From a phage: a stretch of DNA of 43,041 nucleotides. Shown one piece after another: positions 26,865-35,507 of this stretch (the first letter of the stretch is position 1; the number at the start of each line of letters is the position of its first letter). Under the pieces are notes generated by a model, which ran no database searches, was not told the origin of the DNA, and saw only the letters and a list, made by a program, of their open reading frames with translations. The translations under genes were made by a program, and so were the position numbers. Location: the NCBI GenBank assembly GCA_026180655.1, contig GCA_026180655.1_4341.1, one strand, 5' to 3'.

Positions 26865-27059
26865 CTACTCTGATGCCCGAAAGTGATAGGCAACTCTTCC
26901 CCCCCCCGACATCCCGAACTCAGTATCTGTTGGTTTATCCCGCCACCCCTGAATAAAACCGAAACGGTCACGGGTTATATACCGGTAGTTGTTAGGGAGT
27001 GGCAACTCCAGCCCCTCAAAATCAACGGTCACGGTGTAGCTTCTAAAATTCATAGTCAA
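26865..27059 (-). CDS. Hypothetical protein whose frame is joined to a second ORF by a G9 tract
   Basis: ATG at 27053; GGG codons span the homopolymer; downstream ORF 26780..26971 is in the frame reached by a 1-nt length change. Confidence 0.3.
   Translation of the reverse strand: MTMNFRSYTVTVDFEGLELPLPNNYRYITRDRFGFIQGWRDKPTDTEFGMSGGGRVAYHFRASE
26899..26907. repeat. Homopolymeric C9/G9 tract
   Basis: ttCCCCCCCCCgac on plus strand; lies inside overlapping ORFs 26865..27059 and 26780..26971. Confidence 0.9.
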
Positions 27060-27192
27060 TTACCCCGAACTCGTTAATGATTTGAGCCTTGTAGAAGTTG
27101 CCGTTTGAGGCCAGGTGATACGCCTGCACCATAGTCATCTCGCGATAGGTTGCTGCACTGTTTTCGAATTCCATAATCATCAAAGTAACCAT
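27043..27192 (-). CDS. Small hypothetical protein (49 aa)
   Basis: ATG 27192, 27 nt downstream of class A element copy 3; below ORF-track cutoff. Confidence 0.25.
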   Translation of the reverse strand: MVTLMIMEFENSAATYREMTMVQAYHLASNGNFYKAQIINEFGVIDYEF

Positions 27193-27218
27193 CTTCCGTC
27201 TCTCCTCTCGTCTGTGTA

Positions 27219-27254
27219 AATGAATAGTATCCTATTCTATCCCAGCGTGCAAGT
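27219..27254 (-). promoter_or_regulatory. Conserved promoter-like element, class A copy 3 (minus orientation)
   Basis: Reverse complement reads CTTGCACGCTGGGATAGAATAGGATACTATTCA; palindrome AATAG-TATC-CTATT at 27223-27236. Confidence 0.4.
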
Positions 27255-27554
27255 AAATTTTATTGGTGTTTTAGAGATAATTGCTCACTGCGAATCCAGT
27301 AGTATCTCGGACGTCTGGCCCACTGCCGCCAACGCATAACACGGTACTTGTTGCCGTCTGACTCAACAATAAGCCCGAATCGCTTTTCTCCGTTTCTACC
27401 GGTCCAGGTTACGATGTCGTTCAGTTTCGTTGTTGCATCTCCTGCAATAGTCGCTTCGATTGTTGCGTTTGGTGAAATAGAACAAAAATGAGAAAAATGA
27501 TACGCTGCTGTGTAGCAGCGTAAGTCACTCAGTAAAATCCCAAACTATTGAACA

Positions 27555-27749
27555 TCACACTTCCGGCGGCTCGGGTAATGGCATCCAGTGAGTCACTTCG
27601 CCACGTGAAAACCACCCTACGCCAGTAACATACCAGGCATCATTTCTATCGTTGAACCACGCCACTCTGGAAACCATATCTATGTCGGTTATTATTACGT
27701 CACGGCACGCCATTGGCATCCGCTCACTACACTTAATCCACTTGCCCAT
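27555..27749 (-). CDS. DUF551-like phage protein
   Basis: 64 aa, KCSERMP near N-terminus and C-terminal THWMPLPEPPEV, which I recall as typical of DUF551 proteins. Confidence 0.4.
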   Translation of the reverse strand: MGKWIKCSERMPMACRDVIITDIDMVSRVAWFNDRNDAWYVTGVGWFSRGEVTHWMPLPEPPEV

Positions 27750-27928
27750 AAATCACCTCTGATTCGCGATAAACAACACACCAGCTTTCCACGCCCGCCA
27801 CGCGAGACGCGTCTTAACGTTCAGGTACTCTTTCTTCGAACCTTTGTTAACCGGCAGACCCTCGACGGTGGCCCACCGTTCAAATGCTTCTCTCATACCA
27901 ACCCCGCGCCACATAAACGGTTAAAATA

Positions 27929-28228
27929 TTACTTAGCACGGCAACCTCCCTCAGAGTCGTCGGCACAGGCATCATGATTCGATGCCGTTCTTATAAACAG
28001 CTTACCTTTGCGCTGTAACAAATCCATTGCCACAGCACCTGCCCCTGACTTATTAGGGCTACGCAGCAGGCTAAAATTCCATACCCTGGTCTTTGTTACA
28101 TCCCTGGCGTTACATACCCACAAAGCACCATTTTCTCTCAGGTCCAGTAAATCAGAAATGTTGAAATTATTTACCGGGATAAACCCGCTAATGAACTGGT
28201 GTTCACATTGAGGTAATTCTTCCATCAC
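27929..28228 (-). CDS. Hypothetical protein
   Basis: 99-aa ORF. Confidence 0.3.
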   Translation of the reverse strand: MMEELPQCEHQFISGFIPVNNFNISDLLDLRENGALWVCNARDVTKTRVWNFSLLRSPNKSGAGAVAMDLLQRKGKLFIRTASNHDACADDSEGGCRAK

Positions 28229-28422
28229 TTCGCCCCTTTGAATTTAAAATTGTTGCCGATGAGTTCTAAATATTCTGCGCTTATAGTTGCATGGTCGCCA
28301 GTAAATACGTTGCGAAGTTTACAAATGGCGGCACTGCCCCTGTTGTTGGTGGAAAATACGGCGTACAAACATCCCGACTTTTTACTACGGACCAACTGAC
28401 CCTTCTTAAACATAACCCTCAC
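28225..28422 (-). CDS. Hypothetical basic protein, first gene of leftward operon
   Basis: 65-aa ORF about 25 nt downstream of class A element copy 4. Confidence 0.3.
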   Translation of the reverse strand: MRVMFKKGQLVRSKKSGCLYAVFSTNNRGSAAICKLRNVFTGDHATISAEYLELIGNNFKFKGAK

Positions 28423-28440
28423 TCCTCTGTCTCGTTTCGA

Positions 28441-28478
28441 TAAGTGAATAGTATCCTATTATGTTGGGGTGTGCAAGA
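28441..28478 (-). promoter_or_regulatory. Conserved promoter-like element, class A copy 4 (minus orientation)
   Basis: Reverse complement reads CTTGCACACCCCAACATAATAGGATACTATTCAC; palindrome AATAG-TATC-CTATT at 28447-28460. Confidence 0.45.
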
Positions 28479-28908
28479 GAATAGTTACGTTGCCGTTGTG
28501 ATTCTTCAGGTAGGGTTGTGCCTTTATTCTTATTACTTGGTAACTAAAGGGCAGGCCTTAAGCCTGCCCAATAATCGTTACATTTTTACGGTTGCGAATC
28601 TACGGCACATTAAGAAAATCAGATACTTAAGAGATGTGCTGCCGATGAGAATAGAGCTTGCCCAGGGCAACCTGAGATACTTAGGAAGGAAAGTTACGAT
28701 AATTCTCGTGTTCAGTAAGCCTGCTGCTTAACCCTTTGCTTAACGCACGGGTTAAGCATTCTTACAAGGTGAACAAGAATCAAAGTAACTAAGATATAGA
28801 AGCACCTTAAACGAAGATTTTCATAATGTCAATAGGTGCGATTATGTTTGATTTCCCATTATTCGCAATGTATACTTGGTTTCGTTAACTGATAGTGAGG
28901 GTTTGAGA

Positions 28909-29079
28909 ATGACACAGAATGAGGTAGCTGAGCGTATCGGGGTTACTCGTCGCACGCTCAATAACTGGTTAAAGAGTGGGAAGTTCCCGGATTGTTGTAT
29001 CCGCATTATGGGTCGCCGTCAGCCGGGTACGTTTGACCCGGAGAAAGTGGAAGCGTGGATTAAGGAGAACGTGAAATGA
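28909..29079 (+). CDS. Small HTH DNA-binding protein (excisionase/AlpA-like fold), first gene of rightward operon
   Basis: ATG 28909 after TGAGGG RBS; NEVAERIGVTRRTLNNWLKSGKFP helix-turn-helix. Confidence 0.45.
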   Translation: MTQNEVAERIGVTRRTLNNWLKSGKFPDCCIRIMGRRQPGTFDPEKVEAWIKENVK

Positions 29080-29309
29080 CCGAGTTTCAGTCACGCGTAT
29101 TTACGGCAGTCGTTTCGTTAACACGTAAAAAAGGGTCGTGCAGCGTTATCGACTTGCGCCGTAGTTATTTTAGGTACTATAGTTCAGCCATTATTGAGGG
29201 GTCGTTGAAGGTGTTGGTTAAATCCGGTGTTGTGAAAAATGTTGGCGGGGGATATAGCGCCGTTGCCGAAGTTCGCGGAATGACAGCTACTTTAGAAGAC
29301 CTGGAATAA
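29076..29309 (+). CDS. Hypothetical protein
   Basis: 77-aa ORF, ATGA-coupled to upstream HTH gene. Confidence 0.3.
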   Translation: MTEFQSRVFTAVVSLTRKKGSCSVIDLRRSYFRYYSSAIIEGSLKVLVKSGVVKNVGGGYSAVAEVRGMTATLEDLE

Positions 29310-29326
29310 AAGAAAGCCCCGACGCG

Positions 29327-31609
29327 GTGAACGCCGAGGCCAAATTACTTGCTGAAGGAATATACAATATGTCCGATGTAATTTTATCCTACTCGTGGTC
29401 TCGTCGCAACGCGCGAGCAGAGAAAAAGGATATAAACGTCAGAACCACACACACGGCAACACTGGACGACCTGAAAGAGTTAATCCAGCCGCTCGATGCC
29501 GTTCGTGACGGAATTAACCCGAAGACCGCGCCCGGCTATATCACAGCCGCGTGTGATTCTACACACAGCACCGTAAAAGACCCGGAAACCGGGGACTTTA
29601 AGCAAGCGCGTAAAGGCTTCTTTTATCGCTGTGATGCGTCTGTAAGCAAATCGTCACTTGCGTATCTGGACTTCGACAGCGCAACACCGGAAGAGTATCA
29701 GGAGGCTGTGCGCCTGGTTAAGCGCAGCCGCCTGGCGATGTGTCTCTACACCACGGCATCGCATACTGATGAGTCACCGCGCTTTCGCGTCGTCATGCCT
29801 CTGGGACGCCCGGTCGAAGGTGGCGACATCATCCGTGTTCGTCATGGATTGCTCGAGCACTTCTTCAAAGGCATGGGCGCTGACCGCAGCGGGTTTACTC
29901 TTTCACAACCGATGTACCTGCCGCCGGTTGACTCCCAGGTTATCTGGTCAAGACGCAATGACCTGATTGACCCTGGCGAGTTACTGGAGGGTATACCGGA
30001 TTACGAGGTGAGCAGCGCATCGGATTACCAGATACCGGAAGAACTGCGCACCGCGTTCACTGATGCGTTCGAAGCACTGGCGTTCGAGTACGGCGGTATC
30101 ATGACGCCGCGCGGCCTTAAGATGCCAGCCACACCAGAACACGCTGAAAACTACAGCGACCCGACTCCACGCCCGGATGACTTCCTGTTGTGCTTCCCGC
30201 GAGAGGGATACGAAGCGCCTAACGTAACCATGATTCACGACACTGACATCACGGCAACAGAGGGCATGTCGCCAAAAGAGGTGTGGAAATATGCGTGTGA
30301 TGCGACCGGGCTGCCGTTCAGTGAAGTCGCCGAGGCTATCGGGTGGGGTTCGCGTGAATCTGTTTCATGCAGCCTTGATGACCTGGAAGACGACGAGGAC
30401 TCAGAGGAGGACGAGTTACCAGAACCGGTAAAGGCTGATTTCGTCGTCGAAGGGTACATGCCGTCGGATTGTATCTGGGACATCGTCGGTGAGTCAGGCA
30501 CGTACAAGTCCTTCTATACGCTGGGGATGATGTACCTGGGCGCCGCCGGGTACCGGTTTGCGGGGGCGGATACACAGCGCTGCCACCATTTCTATATCGA
30601 CGGTGAGGGTGGTGCAGCTACACGCACACGTATCGACGCACTCGCGGCTAAATATGGCGAGGAAGGTAAAGATTATGTACATGTCATCGACATGGGTGAA
30701 GTCGGCAAACTGAAAAACCTGATTAAGTTGATGCGTGAAACTGCTGGCGACGAGCCTATTGGCATGGTTGCCTTCGACACTCTCAACCAGACGCTGGCTC
30801 TGACGATTGATAAGTTCGACGAGAACAGTTCATCGACGGCGATCGGCATGGGTAAAGTTATCGCCATCCTGAAAGAAGTACGCGACGCGACTAAAGCCGC
30901 GGTAGGCGTTGTTCACCATACGCCGAAGGGTGGAAAGAAGGCCCGTGGCAGCGGGGCGCTGTATGCAGGTGTAGACGTGGAGCTGACAATTGAACGAGCA
31001 ACCGACCGCCAGATAAACGTATACCACTCTAAATTCAAGCACGGGCCCCAACAGAAGACGGTTGGTATGGTGCTGGAGTCGGTACAGTTCCGGGAAGCGC
31101 CACCACCGAAAGAGTACCGCGCGGTTGAGTTCCTGAGCAGCACAGAGGAATACGGCACAATCGTTAACCTCGACCTGCCGGAGCCACACAAGGCGCTTGT
31201 GCTGATGCCGTGGGGCTTCGAGCCATTCAAAACTGACGAGGAGAAAGAGCGGGAAGAAGGGCTGACAAAGGAAGGTAAAGAAAACGTAAAGAATGCTGTA
31301 AAACGCGGGAAGGATGAAGGGCGTAATGAATCAATACTCGCCGCGCTGGAAGACCTGCAACAGTCCGACGACACCGGACGAGGTTTTACCCAACGGCAGA
31401 TAGTAGCGAACTCAGGCGACCACGCCATCACCAACCACCATCTTGAGAAGATGCTGAAAGACGGTGAGTTGATGCTTGGATGTGATGTTAACGGTGAAGT
31501 TATACCTGGTACCTACCGGATACCGGAAAAGATGGGTGACAGATTAAGACCGAAGACAATATACGAACAGAATGAAATGCTGATAGTGACAGAGGAAGAT
31601 TTGGAATAG
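29327..31609 (+). CDS. Putative DNA primase/helicase (RecA-like NTPase domain with N-terminal primase-like region)
   Basis: 760 aa; Walker A GESGTYKS in central domain, acidic linker, position at head of replication module. Confidence 0.45.
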   Translation: MNAEAKLLAEGIYNMSDVILSYSWSRRNARAEKKDINVRTTHTATLDDLKELIQPLDAVRDGINPKTAPGYITAACDSTHSTVKDPETGDFKQARKGFFYRCDASVSKSSLAYLDFDSATPEEYQEAVRLVKRSRLAMCLYTTASHTDESPRFRVVMPLGRPVEGGDIIRVRHGLLEHFFKGMGADRSGFTLSQPMYLPPVDSQVIWSRRNDLIDPGELLEGIPDYEVSSASDYQIPEELRTAFTDAFEALAFEYGGIMTPRGLKMPATPEHAENYSDPTPRPDDFLLCFPREGYEAPNVTMIHDTDITATEGMSPKEVWKYACDATGLPFSEVAEAIGWGSRESVSCSLDDLEDDEDSEEDELPEPVKADFVVEGYMPSDCIWDIVGESGTYKSFYTLGMMYLGAAGYRFAGADTQRCHHFYIDGEGGAATRTRIDALAAKYGEEGKDYVHVIDMGEVGKLKNLIKLMRETAGDEPIGMVAFDTLNQTLALTIDKFDENSSSTAIGMGKVIAILKEVRDATKAAVGVVHHTPKGGKKARGSGALYAGVDVELTIERATDRQINVYHSKFKHGPQQKTVGMVLESVQFREAPPPKEYRAVEFLSSTEEYGTIVNLDLPEPHKALVLMPWGFEPFKTDEEKEREEGLTKEGKENVKNAVKRGKDEGRNESILAALEDLQQSDDTGRGFTQRQIVANSGDHAITNHHLEKMLKDGELMLGCDVNGEVIPGTYRIPEKMGDRLRPKTIYEQNEMLIVTEEDLE

Positions 31610-31610
31610 A

Positions 31611-31636
31611 TAAAAAGAAAGGGGCGTTAAGCCCCT
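31611..31636 (-). terminator. Terminator hairpin for the minus-strand XRE gene
   Basis: AGGGGC-GTTAA-GCCCCT hairpin; on minus strand followed by TTCTTTTTATC. Confidence 0.45.
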
Positions 31637-31842
31637 TCACCTAACGCCAGCCACTTGGCGTCTACTTGCAGCACTTCCGCCAGTTTAAACAGCGTCGCCG
31701 GGCGGACGTCCTGAGTTACACCCAGTGCAAGCTGGTTAATCGCACCCTGGGAAACGCCAGCCAGGACAGCCAGACGGCGCTGGGAGATGCCGAGTTCTTT
31801 ACGGCGTTGTTCTACACGGATGCCTAGTTCAGATGGTTGCAT
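31627..31842 (-). CDS. XRE-family HTH transcriptional regulator (Cro/CI-like)
   Basis: 71 aa, LGISQRRLAVLAGVSQGAINQLALG helix-turn-helix; AAGGAG RBS; only minus-strand gene inside rightward operon. Confidence 0.75.
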   Translation of the reverse strand: MQPSELGIRVEQRRKELGISQRRLAVLAGVSQGAINQLALGVTQDVRPATLFKLAEVLQVDAKWLALGEGA

Positions 31843-31862
31843 GTCAATTACTCCTTAGTTAG

Positions 31863-31891
31863 TTGATATGTGAATAGTACCATATTAATTA
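31863..31891. promoter_or_regulatory. Operator/promoter element with imperfect palindrome (AATAG-TACC-ATATT)
   Basis: TTGATA at 31863-31868; palindrome 31873-31886; about 30 nt upstream of the XRE gene start on the other strand. Confidence 0.35.
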
Positions 31892-31906
31892 TTTTAGAAA
31901 AGCCCA

Positions 31907-31935
31907 TTGACATGTGAATAGCCCGCTATTATAGT
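31907..31935 (+). promoter_or_regulatory. Sigma70-type promoter, class B (TTGACA-N17-TATAGT) with operator palindrome in spacer
   Basis: TTGACA 31907-31912, TATAGT 31930-31935, palindrome AATAG-CCCG-CTATT 31917-31930; GAGGAGAG RBS and ATG 31967 downstream. Confidence 0.6.
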
Positions 31936-31966
31936 TAGCATATACCAAACGAGAGGAGAGAAACAA

Positions 31967-32479
31967 ATGTTAGACCAATTTTTAAAATTACTGGAACGTT
32001 TCGTAGTTGCACATGAACTGATTGCTGCGAACAGCGCGAAACAATCGACTGGTAAGTCGGTAGGCGAATTAACGGTTGACGTCGCGGTAACTGGGGTAGA
32101 GACAGTTAAAAAAGAACTGGCTAAAGCACTTGAAGAAGTCGAGAAAGCAAAAGAAATCCCGGTTGAAGGTGAAGACGTCGTTGACACTAAACCGGCAGAA
32201 GAAGAGAAGCCGAAACGTAAGCCGCGTAAAGCTAAAGTAGAGGAACCGACGCCAGAGCCGGAAGAAGAAGTCGATTATCAGTCTCTGCGTGACCAGATTC
32301 AGGCTATCGACGATGCAATTAACGAGGGTCCGAGCGATGCCGCGTGCGATGATTCAGATGAACTGCTGGAAGAGTTCACCGGTAGGAAGATGAAGATTGC
32401 AGCGATTAAAGACGAAGACCTGGCTGAATACCTGGAACGCCTGACAGCAATCAAGAACAAGTATTTCGAAGAAGAATAA
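31967..32479 (+). CDS. Highly acidic early protein, unknown function
   Basis: 170 aa, very Glu/Asp-rich with low-complexity PAEEEKPKRKPRKAKVEEPTPEPEEE; first ORF after strong promoter; own terminator. Confidence 0.4.
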   Translation: MLDQFLKLLERFVVAHELIAANSAKQSTGKSVGELTVDVAVTGVETVKKELAKALEEVEKAKEIPVEGEDVVDTKPAEEEKPKRKPRKAKVEEPTPEPEEEVDYQSLRDQIQAIDDAINEGPSDAACDDSDELLEEFTGRKMKIAAIKDEDLAEYLERLTAIKNKYFEEE

Positions 32480-32484
32480 CTATC

Positions 32485-32507
32485 CCGCGGCCTTCGGGCC
32501 GCTTTAA
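32485..32507 (+). terminator. Rho-independent terminator
   Basis: GCGGCC-TTCG-GGCCGC hairpin followed by TTTAACTG. Confidence 0.5.
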
Positions 32508-32522
32508 CTGAGGGTAGGAATT

Positions 32523-32795
32523 ATGATTTATCAACTCTACCGAGCCGTAGACAGGCGGGATAACACAGAGGCGCTATGGCTGTTACGTGCACCGTCCGGT
32601 GCGTATCAGATGGAAGAGATGGCGTACTTAGGAAAAGTACCACGGCCTAAAGATATAGGCCGTCATGTGTCGCAGATTAAGCGCACGACTTTTGCCAAAC
32701 CTGACTTTTATGTCTTCGAGTCGATGTATGGGTGGGCCATGCACTGCGACCATAAGACGCGACATTTAATTGACCAGTGGGAGAACAGGGTATGA
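32523..32795 (+). CDS. Hypothetical protein
   Basis: 90-aa ORF. Confidence 0.3.
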   Translation: MIYQLYRAVDRRDNTEALWLLRAPSGAYQMEEMAYLGKVPRPKDIGRHVSQIKRTTFAKPDFYVFESMYGWAMHCDHKTRHLIDQWENRV

Positions 32796-33286
32796 ATTGG
32801 CACGAACTGTTCGACTATGACCCGGATACAGGTAAGTTGTTTTGGAAGATAAGCCCTTCGGATAAGGTAAAGGTAGGCCAAGAGGCGGGGTCGAATGATG
32901 TTCACGGCTATAAACAGGTACAAGTGTTAGGTAAGGTCCATAAAGTGCACCGTGTTATATGGGAACTTTGTAATACTAATGATGTTTTAAGTAGCAGCGA
33001 CCAGATTGACCATATAGACCATGACAGAAGGGATAATCGCATATCTAATCTTCGTAAAGTTGACAGTCTAGGCAACCGGCGTAATTCTGGAATGTCGTCG
33101 CTAAATACGTCAGGTGTAACCGGAGTTTCATGGTGCCGTAGGCGCGGTAGATGGCGGGCAAGTATAAAAATAAACAAGGTATCGAAGCATTTAGGATACT
33201 TCGACAGCTTCGACGATGCGGTAAACGTTAGAAAGAAAGCAGAAGAGATTTACGGGTTCCACAAAAATCATGGGGTTAAAAGATGA
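32792..33286 (+). CDS. HNH homing endonuclease with AP2-like DNA-binding domain (copy 1)
   Basis: ATGA overlap with upstream gene; MNWHELFDYDPDTGKLFW, His/Asn-containing HNH core (HRVIW...DHIDHDRRDNRISNL), C-terminal AP2-like GVTGVSWCRRRGRWRASI; paralog at 41034. Confidence 0.6.
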   Translation: MNWHELFDYDPDTGKLFWKISPSDKVKVGQEAGSNDVHGYKQVQVLGKVHKVHRVIWELCNTNDVLSSSDQIDHIDHDRRDNRISNLRKVDSLGNRRNSGMSSLNTSGVTGVSWCRRRGRWRASIKINKVSKHLGYFDSFDDAVNVRKKAEEIYGFHKNHGVKR

Positions 33287-34566
33287 AATTAAAAGAACGC
33301 AGGGGCAATAACGATGTGCACGCGCTGTTGTCACCGTCCGGTGCTAAGAAATGGTTGGCGTGCAGTGCATCACTGGCATGTGAAAAAGATATTCCTAACA
33401 CATCCTGTAAATCCGCCGTTACAGGAACCGCATGTCACACTATAGCTGAGGTCCATCTAAACCAGTACATAAAAGGCACTGCGTTGCCATTAGAGCGTGA
33501 AGTTGGTGCTTACGTGCTGGATGATGGTAAAGGCCAGATTAAGGCGCTAATCAGCCCGATGAAAGGTGCGGTACTGATTACGGCTGACATGATTGAGCAG
33601 GTACGCAAGTACACCGATTACTGCAAAGCGATTATCGATGTAGCGACTTACGCTAAGCTAGAAATGCGCGTCAATCTTACCCAGGTGTTGCACCCAGGGT
33701 ACAAAGTACCTGTTGAGAGTGGGGAAGACGAGGAAGAAGACGAGGATGAATTAGAGACATTCGGAACCGCTGACCTCGTTGCCGTACAGGAACTGGCTAA
33801 CACAGACGAGCACATGCTCATTATCGGCGACCTGAAAACTGGGAGACATCGTGTTGAAGCGAAAGGAAACAAACAGCTTATGCTTTACGCTCTCGGTGTT
33901 TATCGTCGACTCAAGAGACGTTATAACATCACAGTTGTTCGTCTGGTAATCTTCCAGCCGTATGCCGGAGGCGCGTCGGAGTGGGACATCACGGTTGAAG
34001 GTCTGGAACTGTTCGCTAAGTTTGCACAGAAGCGTGCGCTGTTAGCCCTTGATGCGTACTTCCGCGGTAAGAAGAACCTGAAAGCGTCAGACTTCAGGCC
34101 TTCGGTAGATGGTTGTCAGTGGTGCCGGTTCTCAGAACAGTGCGCTGCACGTACAAAGACGGTTAACTCAGTACTGGCGGAAGAACTTGAGGACGACTTT
34201 GCACTGGAACTGACACCAGAGCAACTCGTAGCTGAATATGAGAAGTTGCCGTTGTTTCGCCAGCACATAGACAAGGTTGAAAAAGCGATGGCGGCTGCGC
34301 TGCATTCCGGTAAGAAAGTGCCGGGGTATAAACTGGTTGAAGGACGCCCGGGTAATCGTGCGTGGAGAGACGTGGAGAAAGTAGCAGAAATCTACGGCGA
34401 CAAGCTGACCAAAGAAGTGATCATGACCCCGACCGAAGCTGTTAAAGTGATACCGGAAGAAGAACTGAAAGACCTCATTACCCGCAAGCCTGGAGCGCCA
34501 TGTGTCGCGACGGCAGATGACAAACGGCCTGAGTGGAATCAAGTTAGTGAAGAAGATTTAGAATAA
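33283..34566 (+). CDS. PD-(D/E)XK exonuclease, DUF2800 / Cas4-like with Cys cluster
   Basis: N-terminus HALLSPSGAKKWLACSAS, nuclease motifs GTADL, IGDLKTG, QLMLYA, C-terminal CQWCRFSEQC. Confidence 0.65.
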   Translation: MKLKERRGNNDVHALLSPSGAKKWLACSASLACEKDIPNTSCKSAVTGTACHTIAEVHLNQYIKGTALPLEREVGAYVLDDGKGQIKALISPMKGAVLITADMIEQVRKYTDYCKAIIDVATYAKLEMRVNLTQVLHPGYKVPVESGEDEEEDEDELETFGTADLVAVQELANTDEHMLIIGDLKTGRHRVEAKGNKQLMLYALGVYRRLKRRYNITVVRLVIFQPYAGGASEWDITVEGLELFAKFAQKRALLALDAYFRGKKNLKASDFRPSVDGCQWCRFSEQCAARTKTVNSVLAEELEDDFALELTPEQLVAEYEKLPLFRQHIDKVEKAMAAALHSGKKVPGYKLVEGRPGNRAWRDVEKVAEIYGDKLTKEVIMTPTEAVKVIPEEELKDLITRKPGAPCVATADDKRPEWNQVSEEDLE

Positions 34567-34570
34567 AGTG

Positions 34571-34599
34571 TTGACACCTGAATAGTTAGCTATTATAGT
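34571..34599 (+). promoter_or_regulatory. Sigma70-type promoter, class B (TTGACA-N17-TATAGT) with operator palindrome
   Basis: TTGACA 34571-34576, TATAGT 34594-34599, perfect palindrome AATAG-TTAG-CTATT 34581-34594. Confidence 0.6.
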
Positions 34600-34667
34600 T
34601 CTAATCACTGGCCGGGCAGCTTCCCGGAGTAAACTTTGAAATATAAACTGAAAAGCGAGAAATCACG

Positions 34668-35297
34668 ATGGGTATTAAACTGAATCTGCGTAAAGTAAAC
34701 ACTGCATGGGTTAACGTATTCGAACGTGCTGCCGACTCTGAGGACAAGAAAACCGGTAAACTGATTAAGGGTAAATATCAGGTCACGGTTCTTATGCAAC
34801 CTGACCATCCTCAAATCGATGCGCTTTACGATACTGCGCTTGAAGTTGTAACAGAGGCAATCGGAACGGCTGCTGCCGAGAAATGGATGAAGGCCAACTA
34901 CGGGGTAGGCCACCATGCGGATAAATGCTGCGTCCGTGACCTGGCAATGCGTGACAATCCGATTGAGGATTTTGAAGAAGGTCTGTATTTCCGCGCTACT
35001 AACAACCGCCAACCGGTGATTATGACATCGGCTAAAGGTGAAAAACAAACCGAGCCTGATTTCAACATCGACGGGAAAGAAATCGAAGGAGAGCAGGTAT
35101 ATAGCGGATGTGTAGCAAACGTATCTGTAGAATTATGGTGGCACAAAGATTGGAAAAACCTGTGCGCTACCATCCTCGGTATCAAGTATATGGGTGAAGG
35201 TAAACGCTTCGGAGGCTCCAGTGTAGTAGCGAGCACCGATGACCTGGAAGACGATGAAGAAGATGAAGCACCGCGCCGCGAACGTCGCCGTCGTTAA
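34668..35297 (+). CDS. ssDNA-binding protein, DUF2815 / T7 gp2.5-like, putative
   Basis: 209 aa, acidic C-terminal tail DDLEDDEEDEA, position between Cas4-like nuclease and DNA polymerase. Confidence 0.45.
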   Translation: MGIKLNLRKVNTAWVNVFERAADSEDKKTGKLIKGKYQVTVLMQPDHPQIDALYDTALEVVTEAIGTAAAEKWMKANYGVGHHADKCCVRDLAMRDNPIEDFEEGLYFRATNNRQPVIMTSAKGEKQTEPDFNIDGKEIEGEQVYSGCVANVSVELWWHKDWKNLCATILGIKYMGEGKRFGGSSVVASTDDLEDDEEDEAPRRERRRR

Positions 35298-35316
35298 TAT
35301 CTGAATCAATTTAACT

Positions 35317-35341
35317 AAGGCCCTTCATTGGGCCTTTTTAC
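35317..35341 (+). terminator. Rho-independent terminator
   Basis: AGGCCC-TTCATT-GGGCCT hairpin followed by TTTTTA. Confidence 0.5.
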
Positions 35342-35507
35342 TAAGGGTCAAAATAATGATTTTCTGTAAGCACGTTTATCGCTATATGAAACCGCTTCCG
35401 TGGTATGCAGACGAGTACCGGGCCGGGTACAGGCATGTGTAGATTTGCCGTGATTGTATGAAAATAAGATTAAGCGAAACGAAGGCACTGGATTTAAGGA
35501 AAAAGAA

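Noticed and set aside
28444-28731. 95-aa plus-strand ORF in the divergent control region
   Set aside because: Starts inside the conserved promoter-like element, lacks an RBS, and the region is better explained as regulatory DNA
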